Both the position numbers and the translations under genes were made by a program. A stretch of DNA of 64,000 nucleotides, from assembly GCA_965368975.1 (NCBI GenBank), contig CBDUPA010000002.1:480001-544000 (forward strand), read 5' to 3'. Source of the DNA: an uncultured bacterium (lineage in GTDB: Bacteria > Acidobacteriota > Thermoanaerobaculia > Multivoradales > JAHZIX01). The notes beneath the pieces were generated by a model. That model was not told where the DNA came from. It did no database searches and saw only the letters and a list, made by a program, of their open reading frames with translations. Shown here one piece after another: positions 1 through 10,498 of this stretch (position 1 is the stretch's first letter; every line of letters begins with the position of its first letter).

Positions 1-953
1 AACTCGCTCGAGGCGTAGTAGATGACCTCGTCGGACATGACGTTCGAGTGGTTGTACGGCGCCGGGATAGCCGTGGGGTCGAAATCGTAAGGACGCGGAC
101 AGAAGGAGCAGACAACGAAACCGTCGACCTCGAAGGTCTGGTGGATCGGTGGCGGCAAGTGGAAGCGACCGACGCGCGGTTCGAAGTCGTGGATCGACAA
201 CGCCCAGGGATAGTAGTAGCCATCCCAGCCAACGACATCGAAGGGATGGTGTGCAAGCACCATCTCGGTCAGCGCGTCGTACTGCTTGACCAGCACACGG
301 AACTCACCTTGCTCGTCGTGCGTGCGCAGCGTTTCCGGCTTGCGGATGTCGCGCTCACAATAGGGAGCATCCTCCATCAGCTGTCCGTGCTCGTTGCGGT
401 AGCGCTTGGGCGTGCGCACGTAGCCGCCGCACTCGAGAATCAGCATGCGTACCGGCTGCTGGCTGTAGCTGTAGCGATGAACGATGTTGCGCGGAATCAC
501 CAGGTAGTCGCCAGGGCGGAATGGCAGATCGCCGTACTGAGACTCCAGCACGCCCTCGCCCTCGGCCACGTAGACGATCTCGTCACCCTGGCCGTTGCGG
601 TAGAAGAAGTCGTCTTCCTGGTCGGGTTGTGCGAAGTACGAAGCGACATCCTGGTTGAACAGCACGGGCAGGCGATCGAGCACGGCGCTACCTCCCGCCG
701 GCTGCTGGTGCAGCCGGAAGTGGCGGTGGCGCAGGCAGGCGTCGCCGTCGGCCTCGAGCTTCATCGAGCGCAGCTGGCGCACCTGCTGGACGCGCGTCGG
801 CGGATACAGGTGATAGAGCAGGGACGAGATGCCGACGAAGCCCTTGTTACCGACCAATTCTTCTTGGTACAGCTCGCCGCCCTGCTCTTCCGGCCGCCGG
901 AAGATGCTGTGACGCTTACGCGGGATCTCGCCGAGACGATGATAGATGGGCAT
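1..953 (-). CDS. hmgA: Homogentisate 1,2-dioxygenase (3' end runs off the window)
   Basis: Not in the ORF track. Manual minus-strand translation from ATG at 953 gives MPIYHRLGEIPRKRH...ELVGNKGFVGISSLLYHLYPPT...FVPRPYDFDPTAIPAPYNHSNVMSDEVIYY. AGGAGG RBS upstream; lies directly downstream of hppD. Confidence 0.9.
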   Translation of the reverse strand, partial: MPIYHRLGEIPRKRHSIFRRPEEQGGELYQEELVGNKGFVGISSLLYHLYPPTRVQQVRQLRSMKLEADGDACLRHRHFRLHQQPAGGSAVLDRLPVLFNQDVASYFAQPDQEDDFFYRNGQGDEIVYVAEGEGVLESQYGDLPFRPGDYLVIPRNIVHRYSYSQQPVRMLILECGGYVRTPKRYRNEHGQLMEDAPYCERDIRKPETLRTHDEQGEFRVLVKQYDALTEMVLAHHPFDVVGWDGYYYPWALSIHDFEPRVGRFHLPPPIHQTFEVDGFVVCSFCPRPYDFDPTAIPAPYNHSNVMSDEVIYYASSE

Positions 954-993
954 GAGGTCGTGTCCCTCCTAGGTTTCTGGGGCTTGCTGGGCT

Positions 994-2103
994 TCAGAGA
1001 TTACCGCGCAGCTCTTGCTCGCGCTCGATCGACTCGAAAAGGGCCTTGAAGTTGCCCTTGCCGAAGCCGCGACTCCCCTTGCGCTGGATCAATTCGTAGA
1101 ACAGCGTCGGGCGGTCTTCCACCGGCTTGGTGAACAGCTGTAGCAGATAGCCTTCCTCGTCGCGGTCGACCAGGATACCGAGGTCGTGCACAGCGTCGAT
1201 CGACTCGTCGATCTTGCCAACGCGCTGGGGCAGCTCTTCGTAGTAGGTGTCCGGCACTTCCAGGAACTCGACTCCGCAGTCTCGCAGCCGCTGTACGGTC
1301 GCCAGGATGTCGTCGGTCAGCATCGCGATGTGCTGCACACCCGGACCATTGTAGTAGTCCAGGTACTCTTCGATCTGGCTCTTCTTGCGACCATCCGCAG
1401 GCTCGTTGATCGGGAACTTGATGGCGTAGGAGTTGTCCGACATGACGATGCTCATCAGCGCGGAGTATTCGGTCGAAATATCCTTGTCATCGAAGCTGAT
1501 GTAGCGATTGAAACCGAGGATGTTCGAGTACCAGTCCGCCCAGTAATTCATCTTGCCGAGCTCGACGTTGCCAACGATGTGGTCGACCCGCTGAATGCCA
1601 ACGCTCTCCCCGGGCAGGTTCAGCGGCTCGAAGCCAGGCAGGAAGGGGCCGTCGTACTTCTTGCCCTTCACACCACCGTTGTGCGAGATCAATGAATGGA
1701 TCGTGTCGCCGTAGGTCTTGATCGCGGCGCGCCGCACCACTCCATGCTCGTCTTCCATGTCGTAGGGCTCGACGGCTGGCTCGGCACCGCGCTCCAGGGC
1801 CGCTGCGAAGGCGCGGTCGGCGTCTGCGACTTCGAAAGCGATGTCGCGCACGCCGTCGCCGTGCCGAGTCAGATGCTCCTGGATCTCGTGGTCTTCCTTC
1901 TTGAGTGGAGAGGTGAAGACGAAGCGTGCTTCGTTCTGCTCCAAGGCGTGGGAAGTACGATCCCGCTCGCCTGTCTCGAGCCCGGAGTAGGCGAACTGCG
2001 AGAAGCCGAAGGCGTTACGGTAGAAGAACGCCGCCTGCTTAGCGTTGCCGACCCAGAACTCGATGTGGTGGATGCGCTTCAGCTCCAAGGGATTGTCACT
2101 CAT
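994..2103 (-). CDS. hppD: 4-hydroxyphenylpyruvate dioxygenase
   Basis: Motifs [35 protein letters not shown] and [43 protein letters not shown]. Confidence 0.97.
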   Translation of the reverse strand: MSDNPLELKRIHHIEFWVGNAKQAAFFYRNAFGFSQFAYSGLETGERDRTSHALEQNEARFVFTSPLKKEDHEIQEHLTRHGDGVRDIAFEVADADRAFAAALERGAEPAVEPYDMEDEHGVVRRAAIKTYGDTIHSLISHNGGVKGKKYDGPFLPGFEPLNLPGESVGIQRVDHIVGNVELGKMNYWADWYSNILGFNRYISFDDKDISTEYSALMSIVMSDNSYAIKFPINEPADGRKKSQIEEYLDYYNGPGVQHIAMLTDDILATVQRLRDCGVEFLEVPDTYYEELPQRVGKIDESIDAVHDLGILVDRDEEGYLLQLFTKPVEDRPTLFYELIQRKGSRGFGKGNFKALFESIEREQELRGNL

Positions 2104-2337
2104 GTCGGAAGCTCCTTTGGCATATCTTCAAAGCTATGGTCTTGGGGACTGCGGGCTCTTGGGCGGTTGAGAGAACCGAGCGGTTGAGAAGACCGGAGGA
2201 AGGTACCGGCGACCGCACGAAAGTGTAGCAAAGTCCAGGAGTCTCTGAAGAAGTACCGAATTATCTTCAGGCGTCGGCGGCACAGCATCGAGCATCCCGG
2301 AAGTTCTGCGGCCTCAATGGGATTGAGCCGCAGAATT

Positions 2338-3627
2338 CTACCTGGGATAGCCGCCGTCGGAGTGCTGTCGATCCTTCCAGGCGACCCCACCCTGGAAGGT
2401 CCACGCATGCTCCGGCGCATAGACGCCGGCGCTCTTGCGTGGTGCCTCGACGGTGAAGCCGAGCGCACCCTCTCGGTAGTCGTAGGGCGCACCGTCGCGG
2501 GCGTGTACGGCCACGTCGAGCCGGTACTCGCCGGCGGCCAGGCGCAGCGCCGGACAGCGCACACGCACCCGCACGTCGCCGTCGAAACGGTCCGGCACCA
2601 ACCCAGCCAACTCGGTGTTCGTGCCCCAACAGTCGACGCCGCGCGGCGTCGCGATGTTGACGCCAAAGACGAAATCGTCCAGCGGCACGCGGGCCCGCGC
2701 GTCAATCTCGATCTCCACGGCCTCGCCGCTGGTGAAGAGGTAACGCTCGCCCCCCTCGCTGCCGCGCAGCGTCACATTGACGATCTCAGCCTCGCGCGAA
2801 CCCCAGCGCCGCCCCTCTTCGCCCTCAGCCTCGGCCTCGGCCTGCGTCCTGACCTTGTCATCCTGGTGCATACGCCCTTCGGCCTGAGCGACAGCGTGAC
2901 GGTAGGCGTCGACCACTCGCCGCGGCTCGCCCAGCTCACGGGGCACGCCCCGATCGAGCCAGAGCACGCGGTCGCACAGGTCGAGCACCAGATCCAGGGA
3001 GTGGCTGACAAAGAGTACGGTGGCCCCTTTGGACAGCATCTCTTCGATGCGCCGCAAGCAGCGATGGGCGAAAGCCTCATCACCGACCGCCAAAACCTCG
3101 TCGACCAGCAAGACATCTGGATCCGTGTGGACGGCAACCGCGAAGCCGAGGCGCACATACATACCGGAAGAGTAGTTCTTGACCGGCTCTTCCATGAACT
3201 CACCGAGACCGGAGAACTCGACGATCTCGTCATAGCGGCGATCGAGCTCCTTGCGACTCAACCCGAGCAAGGTTCCGTTGATGTAGAGGTTCTCCCGCCC
3301 CGAGATTTCGGGGTGGAACCCAGCGCCAAGTTCGATCAGCGCCGCCAGACGGCCATCGACCTCGACGCTCCCCTCGGTGGGCTGCAGGATGCCGGCCACC
3401 GTCTTGAGTAGCGTCGACTTACCTGACCCATTGCCGCCCACGACGCCGAAGGCCTCGCCGCGGCCGACCTCGAAGTTGACCTCGGACAGCGCTCGGATCG
3501 CCTCCCCCTGGCGCAGACCGCGCGTGAGATTGCCGTCGAGCAGGGCACTCTTCAGTGTCCGCAGCTGCGCACCCGGCACCATCCGGCGGTAGAGCTTGGT
3601 CAATCCCTGGACGCGGATCACACTCAT
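2338..3627 (-). CDS. wzt: Polysaccharide ABC exporter ATP-binding subunit with C-terminal Wzt_C-like domain
   Basis: Walker A GGNGSGKST, ELGAGFHPE, YSSGMYVRLGFAVA, DEVLAVGD, plus a C-terminal beta-rich extension. Confidence 0.9.
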   Translation of the reverse strand: MSVIRVQGLTKLYRRMVPGAQLRTLKSALLDGNLTRGLRQGEAIRALSEVNFEVGRGEAFGVVGGNGSGKSTLLKTVAGILQPTEGSVEVDGRLAALIELGAGFHPEISGRENLYINGTLLGLSRKELDRRYDEIVEFSGLGEFMEEPVKNYSSGMYVRLGFAVAVHTDPDVLLVDEVLAVGDEAFAHRCLRRIEEMLSKGATVLFVSHSLDLVLDLCDRVLWLDRGVPRELGEPRRVVDAYRHAVAQAEGRMHQDDKVRTQAEAEAEGEEGRRWGSREAEIVNVTLRGSEGGERYLFTSGEAVEIEIDARARVPLDDFVFGVNIATPRGVDCWGTNTELAGLVPDRFDGDVRVRVRCPALRLAAGEYRLDVAVHARDGAPYDYREGALGFTVEAPRKSAGVYAPEHAWTFQGGVAWKDRQHSDGGYPR

Positions 3628-3639
3628 GGCAGCTGTCTC

Positions 3640-4449
3640 CTAGGCCAACTCGACCAGCGTCTCGCGCAGACGCGCGAACAACCACGCGCCGCAGGCGAGA
3701 GCGACGAGACTGATCGACAACATCTGCAGCCATAGCCAGGCACCGGGAACGGTGCCGTCGACCAGCACTTGTTGGTAGGCCATGGTGTAGGGCGTGAAGG
3801 GATTGAAGAGAATCGCCCGACGCAGCAAGAGCACAGGAATCTGCTCCAACGGATAGAGGATCGGCGTCAAGAAGAAGAGCAGGGTCAGGACGTTGGCGAG
3901 CAGATCCTTGACGTCGCGGAACAGCGCATTCAGCGCTGCCAGACCGAGGGTCAAGCCGGCGACCATCGGCAGCTGGATCACCATCACCAGCGGCAACAGC
4001 AGCATCCCCCAGCCGCCAGCCTGGAGGCCGAGCATGCGCGCACCGGCAAGGGCCAGCAGCAGGATCGGCAGCGCGTACAAGAAGTGCACCAAGTGCGTCA
4101 GCACGACTACCAGCGGCGGCAGTTCGACGGGAAAGACCGCCTTGCGAATCAGGGCCGAGTGCGTGGTCAACGACACCGCGCCCTCCAGCAAGGAACTGGA
4201 GACCCAGATCCAGGGAAACAGGCCAGCGACCAGGAACAGCGGGTACAGTCCCTGCGCACCACCGCGCAGCTCCCCGCCGGCAAAGATGACGCCGAACACC
4301 AGGGTGTACACAGCCGTCAACAGCAGCGGATTGACCAGCGACCAGAAAAAGCCGAGAACCGACCCGCGGTACCGTGCCTTGATCTCCCGCTGCGTGAGCG
4401 TGAAGAGCAGGGCTCGGTGCCGCACGATCTGGCTTAGGCTGCGCAACAT
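3640..4449 (-). CDS. wzm: Polysaccharide ABC exporter permease
   Basis: REIKARYRGSVLGFFWSLVNPLL, LFFLTPILYP and NPFT motifs; about 6 hydrophobic helices; adjacent to wzt. Confidence 0.9.
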   Translation of the reverse strand: MLRSLSQIVRHRALLFTLTQREIKARYRGSVLGFFWSLVNPLLLTAVYTLVFGVIFAGGELRGGAQGLYPLFLVAGLFPWIWVSSSLLEGAVSLTTHSALIRKAVFPVELPPLVVVLTHLVHFLYALPILLLALAGARMLGLQAGGWGMLLLPLVMVIQLPMVAGLTLGLAALNALFRDVKDLLANVLTLLFFLTPILYPLEQIPVLLLRRAILFNPFTPYTMAYQQVLVDGTVPGAWLWLQMLSISLVALACGAWLFARLRETLVELA

Positions 4450-4479
4450 GTGGTGGAACTCTTACGGAACTTCAGATGC

Positions 4480-4509
4480 AAAAGGCCCCTCCCGCTGACG
4501 GGAGAGGCC
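4480..4509 (-). terminator. Intrinsic terminator after the LivK-like gene
   Basis: Minus strand reads GGCCTCTCCCG-TCAG-CGGGAGGGGCC followed by TTTT. Confidence 0.7.
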
Positions 4510-4539
4510 GGTGCCAGGCTTCGCAAGCCGGCGTCGTCT

Positions 4540-4581
4540 TCGGTGCGGTGCTCGGCGCGATGCTCGGTGCGATGCTCGGTG
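4540..4581. repeat. 12-bp tandem repeat, about 3.5 copies
   Basis: tcggtgcggtgc tcggcgcgatgc tcggtgcgatgc tcggtg. Confidence 0.8.
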
Positions 4582-4597
4582 AAGCGCGCCAGGCGGC

Positions 4598-5800
4598 TCA
4601 GCCGTCGCTGCCGCTGACCAGCTCGCGCCGCTCGTTCTGAATCTGCTGGTACTGGCGCAACAGGATTTCTCGCTGTTCCTTGACCCAGACTTCGTGGTCG
4701 ACCGCCTTGCCTTCGACGATCAGGTAGACGCGCGGCCACTTCTGGACATCGCCCTTCTCGTCGAACTGCAGGATGCCGGTAGCGCCCTGCAGATCGCCCA
4801 GGCTGCGAAGGCCGCGCCAGAAGTTGGTCGGACGGTCGGCCCCCTTCTGCAGGGCCTGGCAGAACACCAGCATCGCATCGTACCCGTGCGCGGCGTAGAT
4901 GTCCGGCTTTTCGCCATACTGCGCTTCATAGGTGCTGACGAAGTTGGTCAGGCGCTCCGTGTCCGGGTTGCTCGGATCATAGGGCGGATGGGTGATGTAA
5001 ACCCCTTCGCCCGCCTCGCCAGCGGCCGTGATCGACTCCTGGGTGGCGAACGCCGAGACGGTGAGAACGCGACCTTCGAAGCCTTTCTCACTGAGCAGCT
5101 TGATCTGCTCGACCAAGACATCCGCGTAGTCCGCCAGGTAGACGGCATCGGGGTTCAGCTCGACGACGCGATCGACCAGGGCGCTGAAGTCCTGGGTGTC
5201 CTTGGGATACTCGATCGCCTCCAGCACCTGGCCACCGTTCTGCTCGAAGGAGCTGGCGAACACCGCCTGGATGCCCTTGGCGTACTCGGACTCGGCTGCC
5301 AGCGTCACGGCGGTCTCGAGGTTGATCTTCTGACGCGCGTACTCGCCCATCTTCATACCTTCGCGGTAGTCCGAAGGCCAGACGCGGTAGAAGAGACGCG
5401 AGATGCCGGTCAGATCCGGGGTCGAGGCCGACGGCGAGAGCAGCACGCGGTTGTACTCATCCGCCACCTGCACCATGGCCCGGGCTTCGGGTGTGGTGAC
5501 ACCGCCGATAACCGCCCAGGCGCCTGCGCTGTATTCCTGCCCCAGGACCTCTTTGGCCCGTTCAGGGTTGCTCTCGGAGTCGAGAACTTCCAGCTGAATC
5601 GCCGGAGCACCTTCGTCCGCCTGACACTCGGCCAGCCCGACATCGATGCCGCGGCGGATCACTTCGCCGTAGTTCTGCCACTCACCGGAGAGCGGCAACA
5701 CAGCGCCTAGGCGGACGGTGTCCTGCCCCGGGCAACCGGTTAGAAAGAGAGCCGCGACCAGGCACAGCGCCAGCAGTGCGAGTCCGTTTCGGATACTCAT
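4598..5800 (-). CDS. LivK/LivJ-type (PBP1 family) substrate-binding lipoprotein
   Basis: Lipobox LFLTGC; GAVLPLSG, AAHGYDA and GATGILQFDEKGD motifs. Start reassigned to the ATG at 5800 (MSIRNG). Confidence 0.8.
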   Translation of the reverse strand: MSIRNGLALLALCLVAALFLTGCPGQDTVRLGAVLPLSGEWQNYGEVIRRGIDVGLAECQADEGAPAIQLEVLDSESNPERAKEVLGQEYSAGAWAVIGGVTTPEARAMVQVADEYNRVLLSPSASTPDLTGISRLFYRVWPSDYREGMKMGEYARQKINLETAVTLAAESEYAKGIQAVFASSFEQNGGQVLEAIEYPKDTQDFSALVDRVVELNPDAVYLADYADVLVEQIKLLSEKGFEGRVLTVSAFATQESITAAGEAGEGVYITHPPYDPSNPDTERLTNFVSTYEAQYGEKPDIYAAHGYDAMLVFCQALQKGADRPTNFWRGLRSLGDLQGATGILQFDEKGDVQKWPRVYLIVEGKAVDHEVWVKEQREILLRQYQQIQNERRELVSGSDG

Positions 5801-5922
5801 AACTATCCCTTCCGAATGTCGATCGTGCTTGAGTCGTTTTTCATGCATAACTCTTCACCACCGGCCGTTTCTAACTCAGGGTACCAACCCTGTCAAGTTG
5901 AGTCACAGGGACAGGTCGCGAC

Positions 5923-7104
5923 TCAGGTACCGCGCAGCGCCGTCGCCACGGGCTGGCGCGCGGCCTGGATGGCGGGCAACAGGCCGCCGAGCAAGCCTAT
6001 GAGCAAGGCGTAGAAGATGCCCCGCAGCAACAGCTCCGGCGTCACAGCAAAAGCGAAGGTCACCTGACTGAAGGTCTGCCAGTTCATGGTCGCGGCCTGG
6101 TAGCCGTTGAACCCAAGATAGGCCAGCACGCCCCCGACCGTGCCGCCGAGCGCCGCGAGCACCAGGGATTCGACCAGGATCGACACCACGACCGGAAACC
6201 TAGTGAAACCGAGCGCGCGCAGCGTCGCAATCTCGGTGCTACGGCTGGCAACCGCCGAGTACATGGTGATCAAGGCGCCGAAGATGGCACCTAGGCCCAT
6301 CAGGAAGGCGACAACACCACCAACCATCGACACCAGGCCAACCAGGACTTCCGACTGCTGCGCGTAATAGGTGTCCGTGGCAAAGACATCGACGTCGAGA
6401 CGCGGGTCCGAGGTCAGCGCATCCTTGAACGGGCCAAAGTCGTCGACCGACTCGAGGCGCGCATACACCGATTGAAAACTGTTACCGCGCCGGTAGGCGG
6501 GCTGGAGCACCTTGGCATCGCACCACAGCTCACTCTCTTCTACCGCGCCACCGACACTGAAGACGCCGACCACGGTCCAGCTGCTCTGACCGAGTTCGAG
6601 CTTCGAGCCCAGGTCGACATCGAACTCGCGCAGCGCCCCGACGCCCACGACCACCTCGTTGCGCCCCGGCGTGAAACGCCGTCCGTCCACGATCTCGACG
6701 TTGTCGCGCACCTCGAAGGCCTCGGTCTGCACCCCGCGCAGCGGCACGTTGGCATCGGTGCCCGTTCCGCGCTTGGGCAAGTTGATGATGACGAAAAGCT
6801 CCGAGGACGCCAGCGGGTTGCCATCGGTGTCGCGGGCCAGTCCGGGCGCGTCGGCGATGATCCGGGTGCTGTCCTGACTCAGACCGCTGGTCATCTCGCT
6901 CTCGCTACCGGCGCGCAGCACGATGGCGAGGTCTGGCGAGCCCGCGGTGTTCATGGTCGCCTGCACACCGGCGGCGATCGACAGCATGGCGACGAAGACG
7001 GCTACGACACCGGCGACACCAACGGCAGCGACGGTCGACGGGCCGAGACGCTGAGGCAGGCTCTGCAGACTGATGCGAGTGACTGCCAGGATTTGTTTGA
7101 GCAT
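5923..7104 (-). CDS. MacB/FtsX-family ABC permease
   Basis: Start MLKQIL at 7104; periplasmic domain followed by EIATLRALGF and GGLLPA motifs. Confidence 0.88.
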   Translation of the reverse strand: MLKQILAVTRISLQSLPQRLGPSTVAAVGVAGVVAVFVAMLSIAAGVQATMNTAGSPDLAIVLRAGSESEMTSGLSQDSTRIIADAPGLARDTDGNPLASSELFVIINLPKRGTGTDANVPLRGVQTEAFEVRDNVEIVDGRRFTPGRNEVVVGVGALREFDVDLGSKLELGQSSWTVVGVFSVGGAVEESELWCDAKVLQPAYRRGNSFQSVYARLESVDDFGPFKDALTSDPRLDVDVFATDTYYAQQSEVLVGLVSMVGGVVAFLMGLGAIFGALITMYSAVASRSTEIATLRALGFTRFPVVVSILVESLVLAALGGTVGGVLAYLGFNGYQAATMNWQTFSQVTFAFAVTPELLLRGIFYALLIGLLGGLLPAIQAARQPVATALRGT

Positions 7105-7150
7105 GGGATGATCTCCTCTTCTGCCTCTAAGACAGTTCTGCCAGCAAGAT

Positions 7151-8299
7151 TCAGTCGCGCCGCAGCGCTTCAGCGACCTGTAGACGCTTCGCTTGCAGAC
7201 CCGGTACCAAGCCGATGACGACGCCGAAGACCAGTACCAGGACGCCTCCCAGAACCAGCTTCTGCGCCGGAATGTAGAACACCGGCAGCGCACCGCCGGT
7301 CGGATCGCCACCCAGCGTCAGCACCCAGGCCGTCAGCAGACCCAGGCCACCACCGAGCACCGCCAACAGGCACGACTCCGCGAGGACCATCGCCAAGACA
7401 CCAGCATCGGTGAAGCCGATCGCCTTGAGCACCGCCAGTTCGTTGGTGCGCTCGCGAACCGCTTGCGCCATGGTGTTGCCCACCACCAGCAGCAAGAGGA
7501 AGAAGACCACGGACAACACCGCGCGCACGATGGCGCCGATGTCCCCGATCTGCTTGGCGAAGGCTTGGACGAAGGCGAGTTCCGTCGCGGTGCTGGTCTC
7601 CGCCGACGAGTTGGCGAACATCGCATCGATCTGCTCAGCGATCTCTTCGGATCGCTCGGGCTCGTCGACGGTCACCACGTACCAACCCGCCAGGCCCGGA
7701 CCGCCGGAGACTTCGTCGAGGTAGTCGTAGTGGAAGAAGAAGCCGGTCAGATCCGTATTCTTGTCGTCGCTGTCGTAGATCCCTACCAGCTCGAATTCCC
7801 AGGCCGACGCATCCTGCTTGCGCCAGATGGTGCCCATGATCGGCACGATGTCGCCGACCTCCCAGCCGTAGCGTTCCGCCAGCACGCGTCCTGCAACGGC
7901 GCCGCGACGCGTGCGCTGCCAGGCTGCTTGCTGATCCTCCGGCACCTGGTACTCCGGGTACGACTGCAGGAACTCCTCCGGCTCGACGGCGATGCGGGCG
8001 AAGAAGTTCTTCGGATCTTGGTAGACACCGCCGAACCACGTCTGGTGGCTAGCGACGGACACGCCCTCGATGCGACCGATGCGCTCTTTGTAGCTGACGG
8101 GGAGCAACTGGATGAGCGACACCTTGTGCCGCACGACCAGGCGATCGTTGCCCGCCAGGCTGACACCGGCATCGAAGGCCTGCTGCACGGCGGCCAACAA
8201 GCCGAAGAGCAGGAAGGCGACGAAGATACAGCCGAAGGCCAGGATGACTCGCAGCGGCCGGCGGCGCAGGTTCGCCCAGAGCAGGCCAAGGTACTTCAT
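7151..8299 (-). CDS. MacB/FtsX-family ABC permease
   Basis: NTMAQAVRERTNELAVLKAIGF motif; same architecture as the neighbouring permease. Confidence 0.88.
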   Translation of the reverse strand: MKYLGLLWANLRRRPLRVILAFGCIFVAFLLFGLLAAVQQAFDAGVSLAGNDRLVVRHKVSLIQLLPVSYKERIGRIEGVSVASHQTWFGGVYQDPKNFFARIAVEPEEFLQSYPEYQVPEDQQAAWQRTRRGAVAGRVLAERYGWEVGDIVPIMGTIWRKQDASAWEFELVGIYDSDDKNTDLTGFFFHYDYLDEVSGGPGLAGWYVVTVDEPERSEEIAEQIDAMFANSSAETSTATELAFVQAFAKQIGDIGAIVRAVLSVVFFLLLLVVGNTMAQAVRERTNELAVLKAIGFTDAGVLAMVLAESCLLAVLGGGLGLLTAWVLTLGGDPTGGALPVFYIPAQKLVLGGVLVLVFGVVIGLVPGLQAKRLQVAEALRRD

Positions 8300-9012
8300 G
8301 CCGCGGCTCCCAGCTTGCCTTTGTCCAAGTGCAACACACGAGTCGCGCGCTCGGCAGCGGCCGGGTCGTGCGTGACCATGATGATGGTCTTGCCGTGCTC
8401 CTGGTTCAGCGCCTGCAGCAAGTCCAGGATTTCGTCACCACTCTGACGGTCGAGGTCGCCTGTGGGCTCGTCGCACAGCAGTAGCGTTGGATCTGTGACG
8501 ATGGCGCGGGCAATACCCACGCGCTGGGCCTGACCACCAGAAAGCTGGCGCGGATAGTGGTTCGCACGGTCCGACAGGCCGACCAGCGCCAGCGCGGTTT
8601 CTACCTGACGCTTGCGGCGACTGCCATTGAGTGACGTCAGCAGCAAGGGCAGCTCGACGTTGCGCTCGGCGTTGAGCACCGGCATCAGGTTGTAGAACTG
8701 AAAGATGAAGCCAACGTGGCGCGAGCGCCAGCGGGCCAGCTGCGAGTCGCTGAGCGCGCTGATGCGCTCCCGACCTACGTGGACCTCGCCACGGCTCGGT
8801 CGATCGAGGCCACCGATCAGGTTCAGCAAGGTGCTCTTGCCGGAACCGGACGGTCCCATCAACGCCAGGAACTCACCGCTCTGCACGTCGAGATCGAGGC
8901 CATCGAGCACGTCGATGCGCTCGGATCCGCGGTGATAGATCTTGTGCACGTCGCGCACCTTCACCAGCGTGTCTTTGGAAAGGCCTTCACCGGAAGAGAT
9001 CGTCTCAGACAT
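8296..9012 (-). CDS. LolD/MacB-type ABC ATP-binding protein
   Basis: GPSGSGKST, LSGGQAQR, DEPTGDLD and VTHD motifs; start MSETIS at 9012. Confidence 0.92.
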   Translation of the reverse strand: MSETISSGEGLSKDTLVKVRDVHKIYHRGSERIDVLDGLDLDVQSGEFLALMGPSGSGKSTLLNLIGGLDRPSRGEVHVGRERISALSDSQLARWRSRHVGFIFQFYNLMPVLNAERNVELPLLLTSLNGSRRKRQVETALALVGLSDRANHYPRQLSGGQAQRVGIARAIVTDPTLLLCDEPTGDLDRQSGDEILDLLQALNQEHGKTIIMVTHDPAAAERATRVLHLDKGKLGAAA

Positions 9013-9034
9013 AGCAACTCCTCTGCATTGCGAT

Positions 9035-10288
9035 TCAATCCACTCGTACGCGTGCACCGTCCACCAACTCGACGGGTGGATCGACGACCACTCGGTCGGC
9101 CGCGGTGACCCCCGCCAGCACCACGACGCGCTCGCCGCGTCCAGCGCCACCGCGCTCGGCTCCGAGACGCACCGCGCGCCGCTCGACTCGATCCCCGCGC
9201 AGCACGAAGACGACTTGCGCTCCATTCTCGTCGCGCACCGCGGCGCTCGGCATCAACAGCTCAGACGACGCCTCGGCGCTGGTGTCAGCGCTCTCAGCCT
9301 CGCTCTCGGCATCCAGGAAAGCAACCTTGATCCCCATGTCCGGCAGGATGCGAGCGTCCAGTTCCTGGAAGCGGATACGCACCATCACCGTCGCCTTCTG
9401 CCGGTCGGCGGTGGGCACCGGAGTGATGACTTCTGCCGGTATCTGCCAGTCGGGGTAGGCATCGAGCGTCGCCAACACGGGCTGGCCCGATTGCACGCGG
9501 TTGATATACGCCTCGTTGACATCGACCTCGATCTCCAGCGAGCTCATGTCGACGACGGTACAGACACCGGTTCGAGTGAAACCACCGCCGGCACTGACCG
9601 GCGAGATCATCTCGCCCGGCTGCGCGTCCTTGGTCACCACGACACCATCGAAGGGCGCCCGAATCACAGTGTCCTCCAGCTCTTGCTGGCGCAGGGCCAA
9701 ACGGCCAGCGGCGACGTCGATCTGCTGCCGGGCCTGCTCGAGTCGGGCCTGGAGCGCGTCCACTTCGGCCTGAGCGCGGTCCAGTTCGGCACGCGCCGAG
9801 GCGTCGGCCGCGGTCAGCCGCTGCTGGCGGCCCAGCTCCAGGCGGGCCTCGTCCAACCGCACCTCGATCTCGGGCAGGACCCGGTGCGCGGCGTCCAGCT
9901 CAGCACGCGCCAGGGTCAGCTGACGCTGCACCGTGCTGGCGTCGAGGCGCGCCAGAACCTGCCCTTGACGCACCGCCAGACCCTCGTCGACCAGCACCTC
10001 GACAATCTTCCCTGTCACCTTGGACGAAACGACCGCGCGACGCCGTGCGGTGACGTAGCCGGAAGCGTCGAGCACTGCTCCGGCGGCGGCCGCCTGGTCC
10101 GCGCTGACCTCGACCACTGCCGCGGTCTCCACTGGCAACACCGGGGGCCGCTGCCACCAGTACCAAACCGCGGCCGCCAGCACGGCGACCAGCAGCAGCC
10201 CGACCCAGAGGCCGGTCCGAGACCGTCTCGACGTGTCTTCGTCGGAGCGGTCGATACGCAGATCGTCGATCGAAGGTGTACTGGCCAT
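9035..10288 (-). CDS. Efflux membrane-fusion (periplasmic adaptor) protein
   Basis: N-terminal TM helix, lipoyl-like halves (SSKVTGKI, IRAPFDGVV) flanking a coiled hairpin; first gene of the ABC operon. Confidence 0.9.
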   Translation of the reverse strand: MASTPSIDDLRIDRSDEDTSRRSRTGLWVGLLLVAVLAAAVWYWWQRPPVLPVETAAVVEVSADQAAAAGAVLDASGYVTARRRAVVSSKVTGKIVEVLVDEGLAVRQGQVLARLDASTVQRQLTLARAELDAAHRVLPEIEVRLDEARLELGRQQRLTAADASARAELDRAQAEVDALQARLEQARQQIDVAAGRLALRQQELEDTVIRAPFDGVVVTKDAQPGEMISPVSAGGGFTRTGVCTVVDMSSLEIEVDVNEAYINRVQSGQPVLATLDAYPDWQIPAEVITPVPTADRQKATVMVRIRFQELDARILPDMGIKVAFLDAESEAESADTSAEASSELLMPSAAVRDENGAQVVFVLRGDRVERRAVRLGAERGGAGRGERVVVLAGVTAADRVVVDPPVELVDGARVRVD

Positions 10289-10498
10289 GATGTCTCCCTG
10301 CCGCCACCCGAAGCCGCGGTGGCATCCGGAGACTGGCCCCAGTCTCTGGGGATACCAGCCTTCGGGCCCGCTGTCTCGCCAGCATCACATGCGAGAGCGT
10401 TTCAATTCGGGGGTCAGCTGATGATTCTGAGCAAGCAAGTACGGCTCACGGCCGCTCGGGTTGCGGTGGGCTCCGAGGAAGCCTCGCGACGCGCGCGC

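Noticed and set aside
48-1049. 333-aa plus-strand ORF
   Set aside because: Antisense shadow of hmgA, which has clear family motifs and an RBS on the minus strand.
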